Shown in pieces: positions 31,489 to 41,310 of a stretch of DNA of 64,000 bases. The stretch is taken from contig CAVUPH010000007.1 in NCBI GenBank assembly GCA_963743305.1, forward strand, positions 192,001-256,000, read 5' to 3'. Source of the DNA: an uncultured delta proteobacterium (lineage in GTDB: Bacteria; Desulfobacterota; RBG-13-43-22). The translations under genes were made by a program, and so were the position numbers. The notes below the pieces were generated by a model, which saw nothing but the letters and a program-made list of their open reading frames with translations, searched no databases and had not been told where the DNA came from. The stretch's first letter is position 1. Each line of letters opens with the position of its first letter.

Positions 31489-34400
31489 GCGGCATCGATC
31501 ATGGCGAATATCTGGTCCTGGTTGAAGCCCTTCAAGGTGATGGCCCCGGAACGACAGGAGGCCACACAAAGGCCGCAGCCCTTGCAGAGAGCGGGGTTGA
31601 TTTCGGCTTTGGCGGTTTTTTCGTTCCAGCCGGGGGCCGAGTAAGGACAAATAGCCACACAGACTCCGCAACGGCTGCAGATGGCCTGATTGGTCAGGGC
31701 CACGGTCCCGCTGACTTCGATATTCAGGCTGGATAGCAGGGTGACGGCCCGGGCAATGGCGGCCTGGGCCTGGGCGATGGATTCATCCACCGGTTTGGGG
31801 TAATGGGCCAGGCCGCAAAGAAAGACCCCGTCGGTGGCAAAGTCCACCGGCCGCAACTTGGCATGAGCTTCCACGAAAAACCCGTCGTCATTCAAAGGGA
31901 CCTTGAAGAACTGGGCCAGTTCGTGGTCCTTATAGGAAGTGATGGCCCCGGCCAACCCCAAGAGGTCGGCCTGGATCTGGACTTCCTGACTGAGGATATG
32001 ATCCAAAACGGTGATCTTCAAGCCCTCCGGATCAACGGTCACCCGAGGTTTGCTTTCCAACGAGTAGCGAATGAAGATGATCCCCGCCTGGCGGGCCTGT
32101 TTGTAGAGATCCTCCCGTTCCCCATAGGTTCGCAGATCGCGGTAAAGGATATAGATGTCCCGTTCGGGGTTTTCTTCCTTTAGTTTCAGGGCCGAGTGAA
32201 CCGAATGGGTGCAACAGACCCGGCTGCAGTAAGGCCGTTCCGGTTCGCGGGAACCCACGCATTGAATAAAAGCCACGGAATTGGCTTTTTCCACCAAAGG
32301 ATCTTTTTCGGCCATCTTTTGGTCCAACTCCAGATGGGTCATTACCCGTGGATCCTGGCCGTAGGCGTATTCCTCAGGTTTGAGCTCCTGGGCCCCGGTG
32401 GCGATGACCACAATGCCATGCCGGAGATCGATCGGGTCGGAAGCGTCGTCGACCCGGACCAGTCGGGTTGTGAATTGGCCTACGAAGCCGCCCGCATCGA
32501 GGATACGGTGTCCCAGGTAGGTCTTGATCTGGGGATGTTCTTCCACTTTTCTAATAAGTCCGGCTAGATAGGTTTGGATGTCTTCTCCGCGCCAGGTAGT
32601 GTTCAACTGCAGGGCCTGGCCGCCAAGACGAGAGGCTTTATCCACCAGGTAGACCGGGTAGCCCTGATCGGCCAATTCCAAGGCGGCCGTAAGTCCGGCT
32701 ATTCCTCCTCCAACCACCAAACCGGAATGGGTAACTTCCACCAGGGTATCCTGCAGGGGTTCCAAAAGTGACGCCTTGGCCACAGCCATGCGAACCAGGT
32801 CTTTGGCTTTGACGGTAGCGGCCTCCGGGTCATTGGAATGGACCCAGGAGTTCTGGTTACGAATGTTGGCCATTTCAAAGAGATACTTGTTCAGGCCCGA
32901 ATCGATCAAGGTTTCCTGAAAAAGAGGTTCGTGGGTTCGAGGGGTACAGGCCGCCACCACAATGCGGTTAAGCCGGTTGTCGCGGATAACCCCCTTGATT
33001 TTTTCCTGGGTATCCTGGGAACAGGAAAAAAGGTTTTCATCCACCAATTCCACATAAGGCAGGGTCCTGGCGTATTCCACCACCTCGGGCACCCGAACGA
33101 CCCCGGCGATATTGATGCCGCAATCACAGACAAAAACCCCGATCCGAGGGCGTTCACCGGCCACTACTCGGGGCTTGGGGACCTGTTTTTCGCTGGTCAG
33201 GGTATTTCGGGCCGAAGCCAAATTGCGAGCCGCGGCGCAGGCGGCGGCGCTGGCCTCGATGACCGATTGAGGGATGTCTTTCGGGCCCTGCACCACCCCG
33301 CAGGCATAAATCCCCGAGACCGAGGTTTCCACCGGGGTGAAACTGCTTTTTTCCACGAACTGGTTGGCATTCACCCCGATCCCCAGTTTCTGGAAAAGAT
33401 CCAGGCTCTCTTTGGGGGTTTCCAGTCCCACGGAGAGGACGACCATATCAAAATCTTCGGTGACCACCTGGCCGTTTTCGGTAATATAGGAGATGCGTAA
33501 GTCGTTGCTCTCGGGCAACGGGTCCACCGTATGGATCCGGGATCGGATAAACCGGATTCCCTGATCCTTGGCTTTGTTGTAATAACGTTCGAAGTCTTTG
33601 CCGTGGGAGCGGATATCCATGAAAAAGACAGTGGCCTCCAAGTCCTCTTTGCTGTGTTCCTTGGAAATCATAGCCTCTTTGATGGCGTACATGCAGCAGA
33701 CGGCCGAGCAGTATCCATGGTCGCAGTGATTGATGTCCCGGGAACCCACGCATTGCAGCCAGGCGATTTTTTTCGGTTCCTTGTGATCGGAGGGTCGGAC
33801 CAGGTGACCCATGAAGGGACCGGAGGCGGCCAGGATCCGCTCGTATTCCATGGCCGTGACCACGTTGGGCATTTTGGCGTAAGCATAAGCGTCATACAGG
33901 GTGGGATCGTAGCATTTGAATCCCGACGACAAAATGATGGAGCCCACCGACAAGCTCAATTCTTTGGGCTGCTCTTGAAAATTTACCGCCTGAGTGGGGC
34001 AAAACTTTTCGCAGGCCCGGCACTTACCTTTAAGAAAATAAATACAATTTCCGGAATCGATGACGTATTTCAGGGGTACGGCCTGGGCATACTGGACATA
34101 AGCCGCCTTGCGGGGCCCTAAGCCCTCGTTATATTCGTCCTTGATTCTCTGGGGGCACTTTTCAGAACAGAGACCGCAGGCGATACATTTGTCCATATCG
34201 ATATACCTGGGCTTTTGCAGTACCTGGACTTCGAAATTCCCTTCTTCCCCGGAGATGGCGGTAAGTTCCGCCATAGTAAGCAATTCGATGTTGATGTGTC
34301 GGCCGACCTCGACCAACTTGGGTGAGATAATTCACATGGCGCAATCATTGGTGGGGAAGGTCTTGTCCAACTGGGACATTCCGCCGCCAATGGAGGCCGA

Positions 34401-34532
34401 TTTCTCCACTAAATAAACGTAAAAACCGGAGTTGGCTAAATCCAGGGCGGCTTGCATACCGGCAATACCACCGCCAACGACCAGCACCGCTCCCACCTTG
34501 TCGGTACGGGAATGTTTTTTAGGTGCAACCAT
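31485..34532 (-). CDS. hdrA: Large (~1015 aa) tandem HdrA-type FAD/Fe-S protein, selenoprotein
   Basis: VVGGGIAG, DKTFPTNDCAM-UGA(34332-34334)-IISPKLVEVGRH; two QCVGSR...CS.VCC motifs, two Rossmann motifs and a C-terminal ferredoxin. ORFs 34332-34532 and 31485-34316 are in frame. Confidence 0.92.
34299..34316 (-). promoter_or_regulatory. Candidate SECIS hairpin for hdrA
   Basis: UUGGUCG-AGGU-CGGCCGA starts 15 nt after the UGA. Confidence 0.65.
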
Positions 34533-34569
34533 TAGGTACTCCTGTCCATTGAAATCAATAAGTTGTGAT

Positions 34570-34601
34570 GTTATATAACGTACAAGAAATTTTTATGTCA
34601 A
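34570..34601 (-). promoter_or_regulatory. Probable sigma70 promoter of the hdr-flx operon
   Basis: TTGACA followed after 17-18 nt by an imperfect AT-rich -10 (TTATATAAC). Confidence 0.4.
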
Positions 34602-34625
34602 ACAAAAAGTTTCCTTTCAAGGGGG

Positions 34626-35159
34626 CTATTCTATAACTACTTGATCTGATTGGTTTAGTTCCTTAAAATAGACGTTGACCCGCTCTTCGGGGCGGATCTG
34701 GACCAGGGTCCCGGTATAGTCGGCGCAGATGGGTAATTCCCGCCCTCCCCGATCGACCAGGACGACCAGGGCGATCCGTCGCGGGCGACCGAAATCGATC
34801 AGGGCATCCAGGGCGGCCCTGACGGTCCGGCCGGTGTATAGGACGTCGTCCACCAAAATAACGACTTTATTGTCCAGAGAGACCGGCACATCGGTTTTCC
34901 CGACAATGGGTTTATGGTTGATGCGGGTCCAATCGTCCCGGTAGAGGGTGATGTCCAGAACTCCGGTGACCACCTCTGTTTCTCTTTGGGAGAGGATCAA
35001 CTCCCGGAGGCGGTCGGCCAGAAATGCCCCTCCGGTCCGAATACCGATGAGAATCAAGTCAGCGGAGTCAGGAAAGTCCGCCAGAATTCTATCAGTTATG
35101 GTTTCCAGGGTCGACTGGATTCCCTGAGCATCGAGAATGGTCTTCTTTTTGCCCTTCAT
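34626..35159 (-). CDS. pyrR: Bifunctional pyrimidine regulator/uracil phosphoribosyltransferase
   Basis: LIGIRTGG, LDITLYRDD, LVDDVLYTGRT and DRGGRELPI. Confidence 0.94.
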   Translation of the reverse strand: MKGKKKTILDAQGIQSTLETITDRILADFPDSADLILIGIRTGGAFLADRLRELILSQRETEVVTGVLDITLYRDDWTRINHKPIVGKTDVPVSLDNKVVILVDDVLYTGRTVRAALDALIDFGRPRRIALVVLVDRGGRELPICADYTGTLVQIRPEERVNVYFKELNQSDQVVIE

Positions 35160-35349
35160 CAGTATCCCCAACCACTAATAATTATTAAAAAAATGCTTCA
35201 ATAACATATACCGACCCGAGGGTCAAGCAAATACTGTACTTTTTTTCTCAAAGTCGAAGAGCGGCTGAAAGGCGAACTTAGTTTTATTAGAGGAAATGAT
35301 TGAAAAAAATAGCGGAAGGCCTTACACTTGGAAATTAATTGATGACTTC

Positions 35350-36099
35350 ATGAATTCTTCAGATCCTAAAAAGCTTAACCCCTTACAGGCCCAGCTCCAA
35401 TATGTTTTTAAGAACCCGGAACTATTGATTCAGGCCTTGACCCACCGGTCTTATGCCCATGAAGATGGAGATCCGGGAACCGTACACAATGAGCGGCTGG
35501 AGTTTTTAGGGGATACGGTCCTGGGTTTGGTGCTGAGCCATCTGCTCTACCAGATGTTTCCCGATCTTTCCGAGGGGGAGCTTTCCAGATTGCGGGCCGG
35601 TTTGGTCAACGAACAGCAACTGAAACTATTGGCCCAGGGCTTGAAACTGGGGAAATATCTTCGATTGGGCCGAGGGGAAGAGGTCACCGGCGGCCGCAAG
35701 AAGTCCTCCCTGTTGGCTGATGCTTTGGAGGCCATCCTCGGAGCGGTCTACTTGGAGGGTGGCTATGATCAGGCCTTCCGGTTGATCCGGGACCTGTACC
35801 GGCCCCGTTTGGTAGCGGGCCAAGAGGTTTCGGGTCCGGCCCTGGATTCTAAAACCGATTTACAGGAATATTGCCAGGGTTGTTTGAAGATCACCCCTAC
35901 CTATGAGGTGATTCGAGAGGAAGGGCCCGCCCATGAAAAAGTTTTTTACGTGAAGGTCCGAATTGGGAAGCAGGTCATCGGGCAGGGGAAAGGACATTCC
36001 AAAAAAATGGCGGAACAGCAGGCGGCCGAGAGGGCTATGGTTAAGATCAGGAAAAAGGACCCGTCAGGGTTAAGGACGCTACTCTATCAAGATTCTTAA
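35350..36099 (+). CDS. rnc: Ribonuclease III
   Basis: ALTHRS, NERLEFLGD, ADALEAILGAVYL and a C-terminal dsRBD. Confidence 0.96.
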   Translation: MNSSDPKKLNPLQAQLQYVFKNPELLIQALTHRSYAHEDGDPGTVHNERLEFLGDTVLGLVLSHLLYQMFPDLSEGELSRLRAGLVNEQQLKLLAQGLKLGKYLRLGRGEEVTGGRKKSSLLADALEAILGAVYLEGGYDQAFRLIRDLYRPRLVAGQEVSGPALDSKTDLQEYCQGCLKITPTYEVIREEGPAHEKVFYVKVRIGKQVIGQGKGHSKKMAEQQAAERAMVKIRKKDPSGLRTLLYQDS

Positions 36100-36142
36100 A
36101 TCCGAAATTCGGATTTCGAGTCTGAACCCAGGGAGGTTATCA

Positions 36143-37237
36143 CTGATTAAACCCGCACCCTTCGTCATCCCTATCTTCCTTCCCCAGTGGGGCTGCCCTT
36201 TCCGCTGTATTTACTGCCATCAGGAAAAAATCACCCAAACCATTCGACCTGAGATTCATTGGGCGGATTTTTCTGCCCTGGTGGAATCCGGATTGAATTC
36301 CCGGCGGCGGTCTCCCGGTCAGCGGGTTGAGCTGGCCTTCTATGGCGGGACTTTCACCCTGCTTCCCGCGGCAGTCCGAGAGGCCTTGCTCGCCTGGGCC
36401 GCTCACTACATCCGGGAAGGGAGGGTAGCGGCCATCCGCTTCTCTACACGTCCCGATGCCCTGTCAGAGAAGGTTCTAGTGCGCATAAAAGCTGCTGGGG
36501 TGGAAACGGTCGAACTGGGGGTCCAGTCCCTGAATGATCAGGCCCTGGAGCGCTCCCAAAGGGGGTATTCCGTCGAGAATTGTTTCCAAGCCGTTCGGCT
36601 GTTAAAAAAATTTTCTCTGGCCGTGGGGATCCAGTTGATGGCTGGTCTGCCCGGCGATACCCCGGAAGAATTCAAGCAGACCATCCGGGAGGTAAGAGGC
36701 CTGAAGCCGGACCTGGTCCGGATTTATCCCACCCTGGTATTTCCCGAAACGGTTCTGGCCCGGTGGTATGAAACAGGGCATTACACCCCCTTGGCCCTGG
36801 AGGAGGCCGTTTCTCTCTGCTGTTGGGCGGTGGGTCGCCTGGAAAAAGCGGGCATTCCGGTCATTCGGCTGGGCCTTCAAAACCACGTGCGAATGTCCCC
36901 GGGCAAAGACTTCTTGGCCGGTCCCTATCACCCGGCTTTTGGCGACCTGGTTCGCGGAGAATTGTTTTTGATGAAGATCAAAGAGGATTTAAACCGGCGA
37001 AACATTTTCCGGGAGACCGATCTTGAACTGCGGGTATCCGGACGGGATGTGGGATACTTGACCGGAAATAAAGGGGAAAACCTGAGAAAACTGAAAACCG
37101 ATCTGGGAATCTCACAGTTGCAGGTTGGGACCGATTCCACACTGCCGCGCGGAAGCTGGGAACTTCGGTCGGCTCGGCTTGCCGAAGTGGCAATGAATTA
37201 TACTTCCATGCCCGGAGCGGGTATCCTCGAAGCTTGA
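36143..37237 (+). CDS. Radical SAM protein (Elp3/YhcC-like), probably with a CTG start
   Basis: IPIFLPQWGCPFRCIYCHQ (CxxxCxxC) lies in frame upstream of the annotated GTG; AFYGGTFT, STRPD, VELGVQS and GPYHPAFG; GGAGG upstream of CTG 36143. Confidence 0.85.
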   Translation: MIKPAPFVIPIFLPQWGCPFRCIYCHQEKITQTIRPEIHWADFSALVESGLNSRRRSPGQRVELAFYGGTFTLLPAAVREALLAWAAHYIREGRVAAIRFSTRPDALSEKVLVRIKAAGVETVELGVQSLNDQALERSQRGYSVENCFQAVRLLKKFSLAVGIQLMAGLPGDTPEEFKQTIREVRGLKPDLVRIYPTLVFPETVLARWYETGHYTPLALEEAVSLCCWAVGRLEKAGIPVIRLGLQNHVRMSPGKDFLAGPYHPAFGDLVRGELFLMKIKEDLNRRNIFRETDLELRVSGRDVGYLTGNKGENLRKLKTDLGISQLQVGTDSTLPRGSWELRSARLAEVAMNYTSMPGAGILEA

Positions 37238-37263
37238 AGATACAATGACTCGCCAGCAAAGAC

Positions 37264-37359
37264 GTCATGGCGAGGAGTGGAGCGACGAAGCCATCCCCCA
37301 CGGCCTTCCGGCTCTCTCTAAGCAGTGGATGGGGATTACTTCGCTCCGTCCGCAATAAC
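37264..37359. repeat. Degenerate, reverse-oriented copy of the GTCATTGCGAG REP-like palindrome
   Basis: GTCATGGCGAGGAGTGGAGCGACGAAGCCATCCC...GGGATTACTTCGCT...CGCAATAAC. Confidence 0.75.
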
Positions 37360-37404
37360 CATTGCTGGGGCTATTCTATTTTAAAACCGGAGGTCTAAAC
37401 CATC

Positions 37405-38301
37405 ATGTCCTATCAATCCGGATTCGTAGCCATCATCGGGGCGCCCAACGTGGGCAAGTCTACCCTGATGAATGCCCTGTTGGGCCAGAAAATTTCCATT
37501 GTATCTCCCAAACCCCAGACTACCCGCAACCGGATTCTGGGGGTTAAACACCTTCCCGGCGGCCAGATTATTTTTCTGGACACCCCCGGCCTATTTTCCG
37601 CTACCAGCCTGTTGGATCGAAACATTGTGCAGGCGGCCCTGAAAACGTTGAGCGAGGTCAATTTGGTCCTGCTCATGATTGAGCCCTTTTCGGGGACGGT
37701 GCAGCTTCCCGAAACCACGGCCGGCCGGATAGAAATCAGGGAGACCCCGGTTTTCCTGATTATCAACAAGGTAGACCTGATTGATAAAGCGAGATTGCTG
37801 CCGTTGATCGAAAAGGCTAGCCGGGCTTTCCCCTTTAAGGAGATCATTCCCTTGTCGGCCCTGACCGGGGATGGTCTGGCCTTGCTGGAAAAGGAAATTC
37901 TGGCCTTGCTTCCCGAAGGTCCTCAATATTTTCCCGATGATATGATTACGGATTTGCCGGAACAATTCCTGGTGGAAGAACTGATCCGGGAAAAGGTTTT
38001 TCGGTTGCTTTCCAAAGAGGTCCCTTACGCGGCGGCGGTGACGGTGGATTCCTTCCAGCGGCGCGAAGATAAACCGATCATCCATATCCAGGCCACCATC
38101 CATGTGGAAAGGGACTCTCAAAAAGGGATTCTGATCGGCAAGGGCGGCCAGCTTTTGAAAAAGATCGGTCAATCGGCCCGGGAAAGCATGGAGCCCCTTT
38201 TGGGCAGCCAGGTCTTTTTGGAGCTATGGGTGCGGGTGGAAAAGAACTGGAGAAAAAATCCGAAATTGATCAAACGATTCGGCTACGAAGGGGAAAGGTG
38301 A
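37405..38301 (+). CDS. era: GTPase Era
   Basis: GAPNVGKST, PQTTR, DTPG, NKVD and the KH-domain ILIGKGG. Confidence 0.96.
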   Translation: MSYQSGFVAIIGAPNVGKSTLMNALLGQKISIVSPKPQTTRNRILGVKHLPGGQIIFLDTPGLFSATSLLDRNIVQAALKTLSEVNLVLLMIEPFSGTVQLPETTAGRIEIRETPVFLIINKVDLIDKARLLPLIEKASRAFPFKEIIPLSALTGDGLALLEKEILALLPEGPQYFPDDMITDLPEQFLVEELIREKVFRLLSKEVPYAAAVTVDSFQRREDKPIIHIQATIHVERDSQKGILIGKGGQLLKKIGQSARESMEPLLGSQVFLELWVRVEKNWRKNPKLIKRFGYEGER

Positions 38302-38369
38302 TTTTTCGGTTGAGTTCAAGGCGGGCCGGTGTTAAGAATAAGTGGATTCCTGGTTCAAAGGAGGAAAAA

Positions 38370-38696
38370 ATGATTACCCCGTTATTGGTATCCCTATTGG
38401 CTTTATGCTTATGGATTCCGACTGCCGTCCAGGCCCAGTCCAGATGCAAATTGGCCACCGCCTGGAGTGCCACCAGTTTTGACGAAAAGGAATGCCTGGA
38501 ACATGCCGAAAAGGCCCTTCGCAAAACCGGATATTATAAGAATTTCTCGGTGGTCAACCAATCCATATTTGGCGCCAACGAAGAAGATGAGCAGGCCTCG
38601 GCCCGCTGCATCACTTCTAAAGGATTGGTTTTTTTTGTGGTAGCCGGGTCGGGCTCCTCGGGTGAGCGGGTGGAGCGGATCAAAAGAAACTACTAA
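38370..38696 (+). CDS. Small secreted Cys-containing hypothetical protein
   Basis: GGAGG RBS, signal peptide ending AVQA, three Cys in the mature part, terminator downstream. Confidence 0.7.
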   Translation: MITPLLVSLLALCLWIPTAVQAQSRCKLATAWSATSFDEKECLEHAEKALRKTGYYKNFSVVNQSIFGANEEDEQASARCITSKGLVFFVVAGSGSSGERVERIKRNY

Positions 38697-38716
38697 AAGA
38701 ATACTTCCGGTCCCAT

Positions 38717-38751
38717 AAAAAAAGCCCCTGGAGGTTTCCAGGGGCTTTTTT
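38717..38751. terminator. Bidirectional intrinsic terminator
   Basis: A run, GCCCCTGGA/TCCAGGGGC stem, T run; between convergent genes. Confidence 0.88.
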
Positions 38752-38767
38752 GTGATTCAGTGAAGGG

Positions 38768-39913
38768 TTACTTCTGCGGTTTGCCCATCACCTCGGAAAA
38801 AAAGGTATCGTCCAATAACTTGCCTTCGGCGATGTTCTGGCGATACTTGATGAAGTCGATCACATCCTGACCGGTGATCTTCTTGGTATTGAAGGCCCCA
38901 AAGCCGAGGAAAGCCTCACCCATCATGTTGGCCGCCAACCAATGGCGATTGTAGTTCTTTGAATAATCCCAGAAGAATTTCTTTTTGGCCCGGATGGAGT
39001 CGATCGATTTGATCAGGCATCCCGGGAAAAGGTTGGCAAAGGTCCAGACCACCTTGTCCACTTCGGCATCCAGGAGGGCGAAGTCATAGTCATTGGCTTT
39101 CAGCTTCCCGCCTACCCATTCCCTGGCTTTTTTAAATTCATCTCCTTTTTTGAATTCCCCGTAAACGATCTCGCCATCGACCACATACTGATCGGTAATG
39201 ACCTGGGGATTGCGGACCCACTTCCCAGCTTCGTCCTTCAATACCGGTACGCACTTGGAGATCAGGGTCTTGGCCTTCATCTTGTAAGCGCTCCACATCT
39301 CGCAGCTAACGCAGTTCCACATGGCGTCTTCCATGCTCAGAAACCAGGGCAGGAAGTCGGAGGAACCGCCGTCCGGGGCGGAACCGTGCCGCGGCCCGGC
39401 CTGTCCATAAATGGCCAGATCCGAAGAGATGGCCAGATCGCAGGCCATGCCGATTTCCTGACCACCGGCTACGCGCATACCGTTGACCCGGGAAATCACC
39501 GGTTTCTTACAGGCCAGGATGGCGTCGACCATGTTATTGAAGAGTTCCATATAGGCCCCATATTCTTCCGGCCGACGGCTGTAGTATTCGGAATATTCCT
39601 TGGTGTTGCCGCCGGTGCAGAAGGCAAAGGGTCCCGTGCCGGTAAAGATGACACAGACCACCGAGCGGTCGGTGGAAGCGTTTTCAAAGCCGGCGATGAC
39701 GCCTTTGACCATCTCGGTAGTATAGGAATTGTACTGGGCCGGGTTGTTCAGCGTAATCCAGGAGACATACAACCCGGGGACGACATTTCCCTTCGGGTCT
39801 TTTAACGGCCTTTTTTCATAAATGGTGCAGGGCGCCTGGGTTCCCCAATGCTCGGCACTATAGCGGTCATGATTCTTTTCCTCGTTTTCTCTTGGCATCC
39901 ATTCGATTCCCAT
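38768..39913 (-). CDS. oah: 6-oxocyclohex-1-ene-1-carbonyl-CoA hydrolase (Oah/BamA)
   Basis: LNNPAQYNSYTTEMVK, FCTGGNTKEY, GQAGPRHGSAPDGG and WLAANMMGEA. Confidence 0.93.
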   Translation of the reverse strand: MGIEWMPRENEEKNHDRYSAEHWGTQAPCTIYEKRPLKDPKGNVVPGLYVSWITLNNPAQYNSYTTEMVKGVIAGFENASTDRSVVCVIFTGTGPFAFCTGGNTKEYSEYYSRRPEEYGAYMELFNNMVDAILACKKPVISRVNGMRVAGGQEIGMACDLAISSDLAIYGQAGPRHGSAPDGGSSDFLPWFLSMEDAMWNCVSCEMWSAYKMKAKTLISKCVPVLKDEAGKWVRNPQVITDQYVVDGEIVYGEFKKGDEFKKAREWVGGKLKANDYDFALLDAEVDKVVWTFANLFPGCLIKSIDSIRAKKKFFWDYSKNYNRHWLAANMMGEAFLGFGAFNTKKITGQDVIDFIKYRQNIAEGKLLDDTFFSEVMGKPQK

Positions 39914-39957
39914 AAAATATTCCTCCTTGTTTTTTAAGTTTTATAAGCAATCATCCC

Positions 39958-39988
39958 TAGCCAAAAATATTTGAAATATTTTTGGCTA
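39958..39988. promoter_or_regulatory. Perfect 15-bp inverted repeat upstream of oah
   Basis: TAGCCAAAAATATTT-G-AAATATTTTTGGCTA. Confidence 0.55.
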
Positions 39989-40015
39989 AAATAAAAACCA
40001 CTTTAAAAAGAAACC

Positions 40016-40112
40016 GTCATTGCGAGCGAAGCGAAGCAATCTCCCGGTCGAGCTTCCGGAAAAGAATACACTTGGCGGGGGATTGCTTCGTCGCTTCACT
40101 TCTCGCAATGAC
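40016..40112. repeat. REP-like palindrome GTCATTGCGAG...CTCGCAATGAC between had and oah
   Basis: Same arms as the copy at 14936. Confidence 0.85.
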
Positions 40113-40152
40113 CTAGAAAAGCAAAGTTGTGTCCAACAATCATCCTGGAATG

Positions 40153-41265
40153 TTATTTAAAATCCGGCGTCAGAACGATCCGCTTAGCCGGGGAACCGGC
40201 CTTATGCACTTCGGCGAATGTCTCGGCAATGGTGCTCATGGGCCGGGTTTCCACAAAAGGACCGATGTCTATTTTTTTGGACAACACCATATCCAGAACA
40301 ATGGGGTAATATTCCGGCAAACAGCCCCAAGTGCCGATGATTTCCGCGTCAAAGGCCATGAGCCGACCCAGCGCATATTCGGTCTTAGCCATAGTGAAAC
40401 CGACGATGATCAGTTTTCCGGTGAAGCCCAGCAGGGCCAGCCCGATCTCCTGGCCGCCCTTGGTGCCACTGATCTCAAAGATCTTCCAGCCGAAGCCCGG
40501 CAGGCCGTTGCTTTTGCAAAGTTCACGAAATTCCTTGGAAACGGCCCCGGCGTCCTTGTCCTTGGAGTTGATCACCAAGTCCGCTCCGTGTTTAAGCGCT
40601 CGCTGTAATTTCGCCTCGTTCCGGGCAATACCGATGACCGTCTTGGCCCCCAGGGCCTTGGCCATTTGACCCATATATTGTCCCACGCCCCCGGTAATCC
40701 CGACAATCACCACATTGTCGCCGGGCTGAAGATCGGCTCTCTTAGCCGCCTGATACGGGGTGGTTCCGGCATCGGCCACCACCGCCAGATGGGCTAAGGG
40801 AAAATCGCCCCGGCCTTTGACCTCACAGAGATCGACACTGGGGACCGGAATATGGCTGGAGAAGCCGCCGTATAGACCCAAGCTGTTCCCGGGCATCTGC
40901 TGTTTCAGGCAGCGGTTTCCCCGACTGGTCTTGCAGAGGATGCACTGACGGCAGGGCATGACCGCCGGGATAATCACTTCTTTGCCCATCCAGAACTTAT
41001 CGCCGGCCACCACGGTCCCGGCAATTTCGTGGCCCAGGGTCAGGGGGGGCTTGGACACGGTGGGTACGCCATCATAGAAATAGCCCAGGTCGGTGTGGCA
41101 AACGCCGCACCCGGCTACCTCAACCAGCACTTCCCCGGGTTTTAATTCCGGGACCGGTATTTCCTTCAATTCCAGTTTTCCCGGGGTGGTCTCTTTGGTT
41201 TCCTTGTTATAGACAGTCGGTTGAACCATCTGCCAGGTCTTAATCACGGTAGGTATCTCGGCCAT
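40153..41265 (-). CDS. had: 6-hydroxycyclohex-1-ene-1-carbonyl-CoA dehydrogenase (Had/BamQ, Zn-dependent ADH)
   Basis: VAGCGVCHTDLGYFYDGVPT, LGHEIAG, CRQCILC and RLMAFDA...WGC; adjacent to oah. Confidence 0.9.
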   Translation of the reverse strand: MAEIPTVIKTWQMVQPTVYNKETKETTPGKLELKEIPVPELKPGEVLVEVAGCGVCHTDLGYFYDGVPTVSKPPLTLGHEIAGTVVAGDKFWMGKEVIIPAVMPCRQCILCKTSRGNRCLKQQMPGNSLGLYGGFSSHIPVPSVDLCEVKGRGDFPLAHLAVVADAGTTPYQAAKRADLQPGDNVVIVGITGGVGQYMGQMAKALGAKTVIGIARNEAKLQRALKHGADLVINSKDKDAGAVSKEFRELCKSNGLPGFGWKIFEISGTKGGQEIGLALLGFTGKLIIVGFTMAKTEYALGRLMAFDAEIIGTWGCLPEYYPIVLDMVLSKKIDIGPFVETRPMSTIAETFAEVHKAGSPAKRIVLTPDFK

Positions 41266-41310
41266 ATTGATCTCTCCTTTACATTGGGGTTAATTTATTG
41301 ACTTTTTGCA

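Noticed and set aside
27314-34334. hdrA and hdrD-like genes as nonsense pseudogenes or split genes
   Set aside because: Both stops are in-frame UGA at conserved Cys positions with SECIS-like hairpins; selenocysteine explains them better.
34562-34580. Rex operator upstream of hdrA
   Set aside because: Only one half-site (TTGTGA) matches; the second half of the palindrome is absent.
26696-41265. Class II benzoyl-CoA reductase (Bam) complex
   Set aside because: No tungsten AOR-family BamB or NuoEFG-like BamGHI; MvhD is a short Cys form; the partners match FlxABC.
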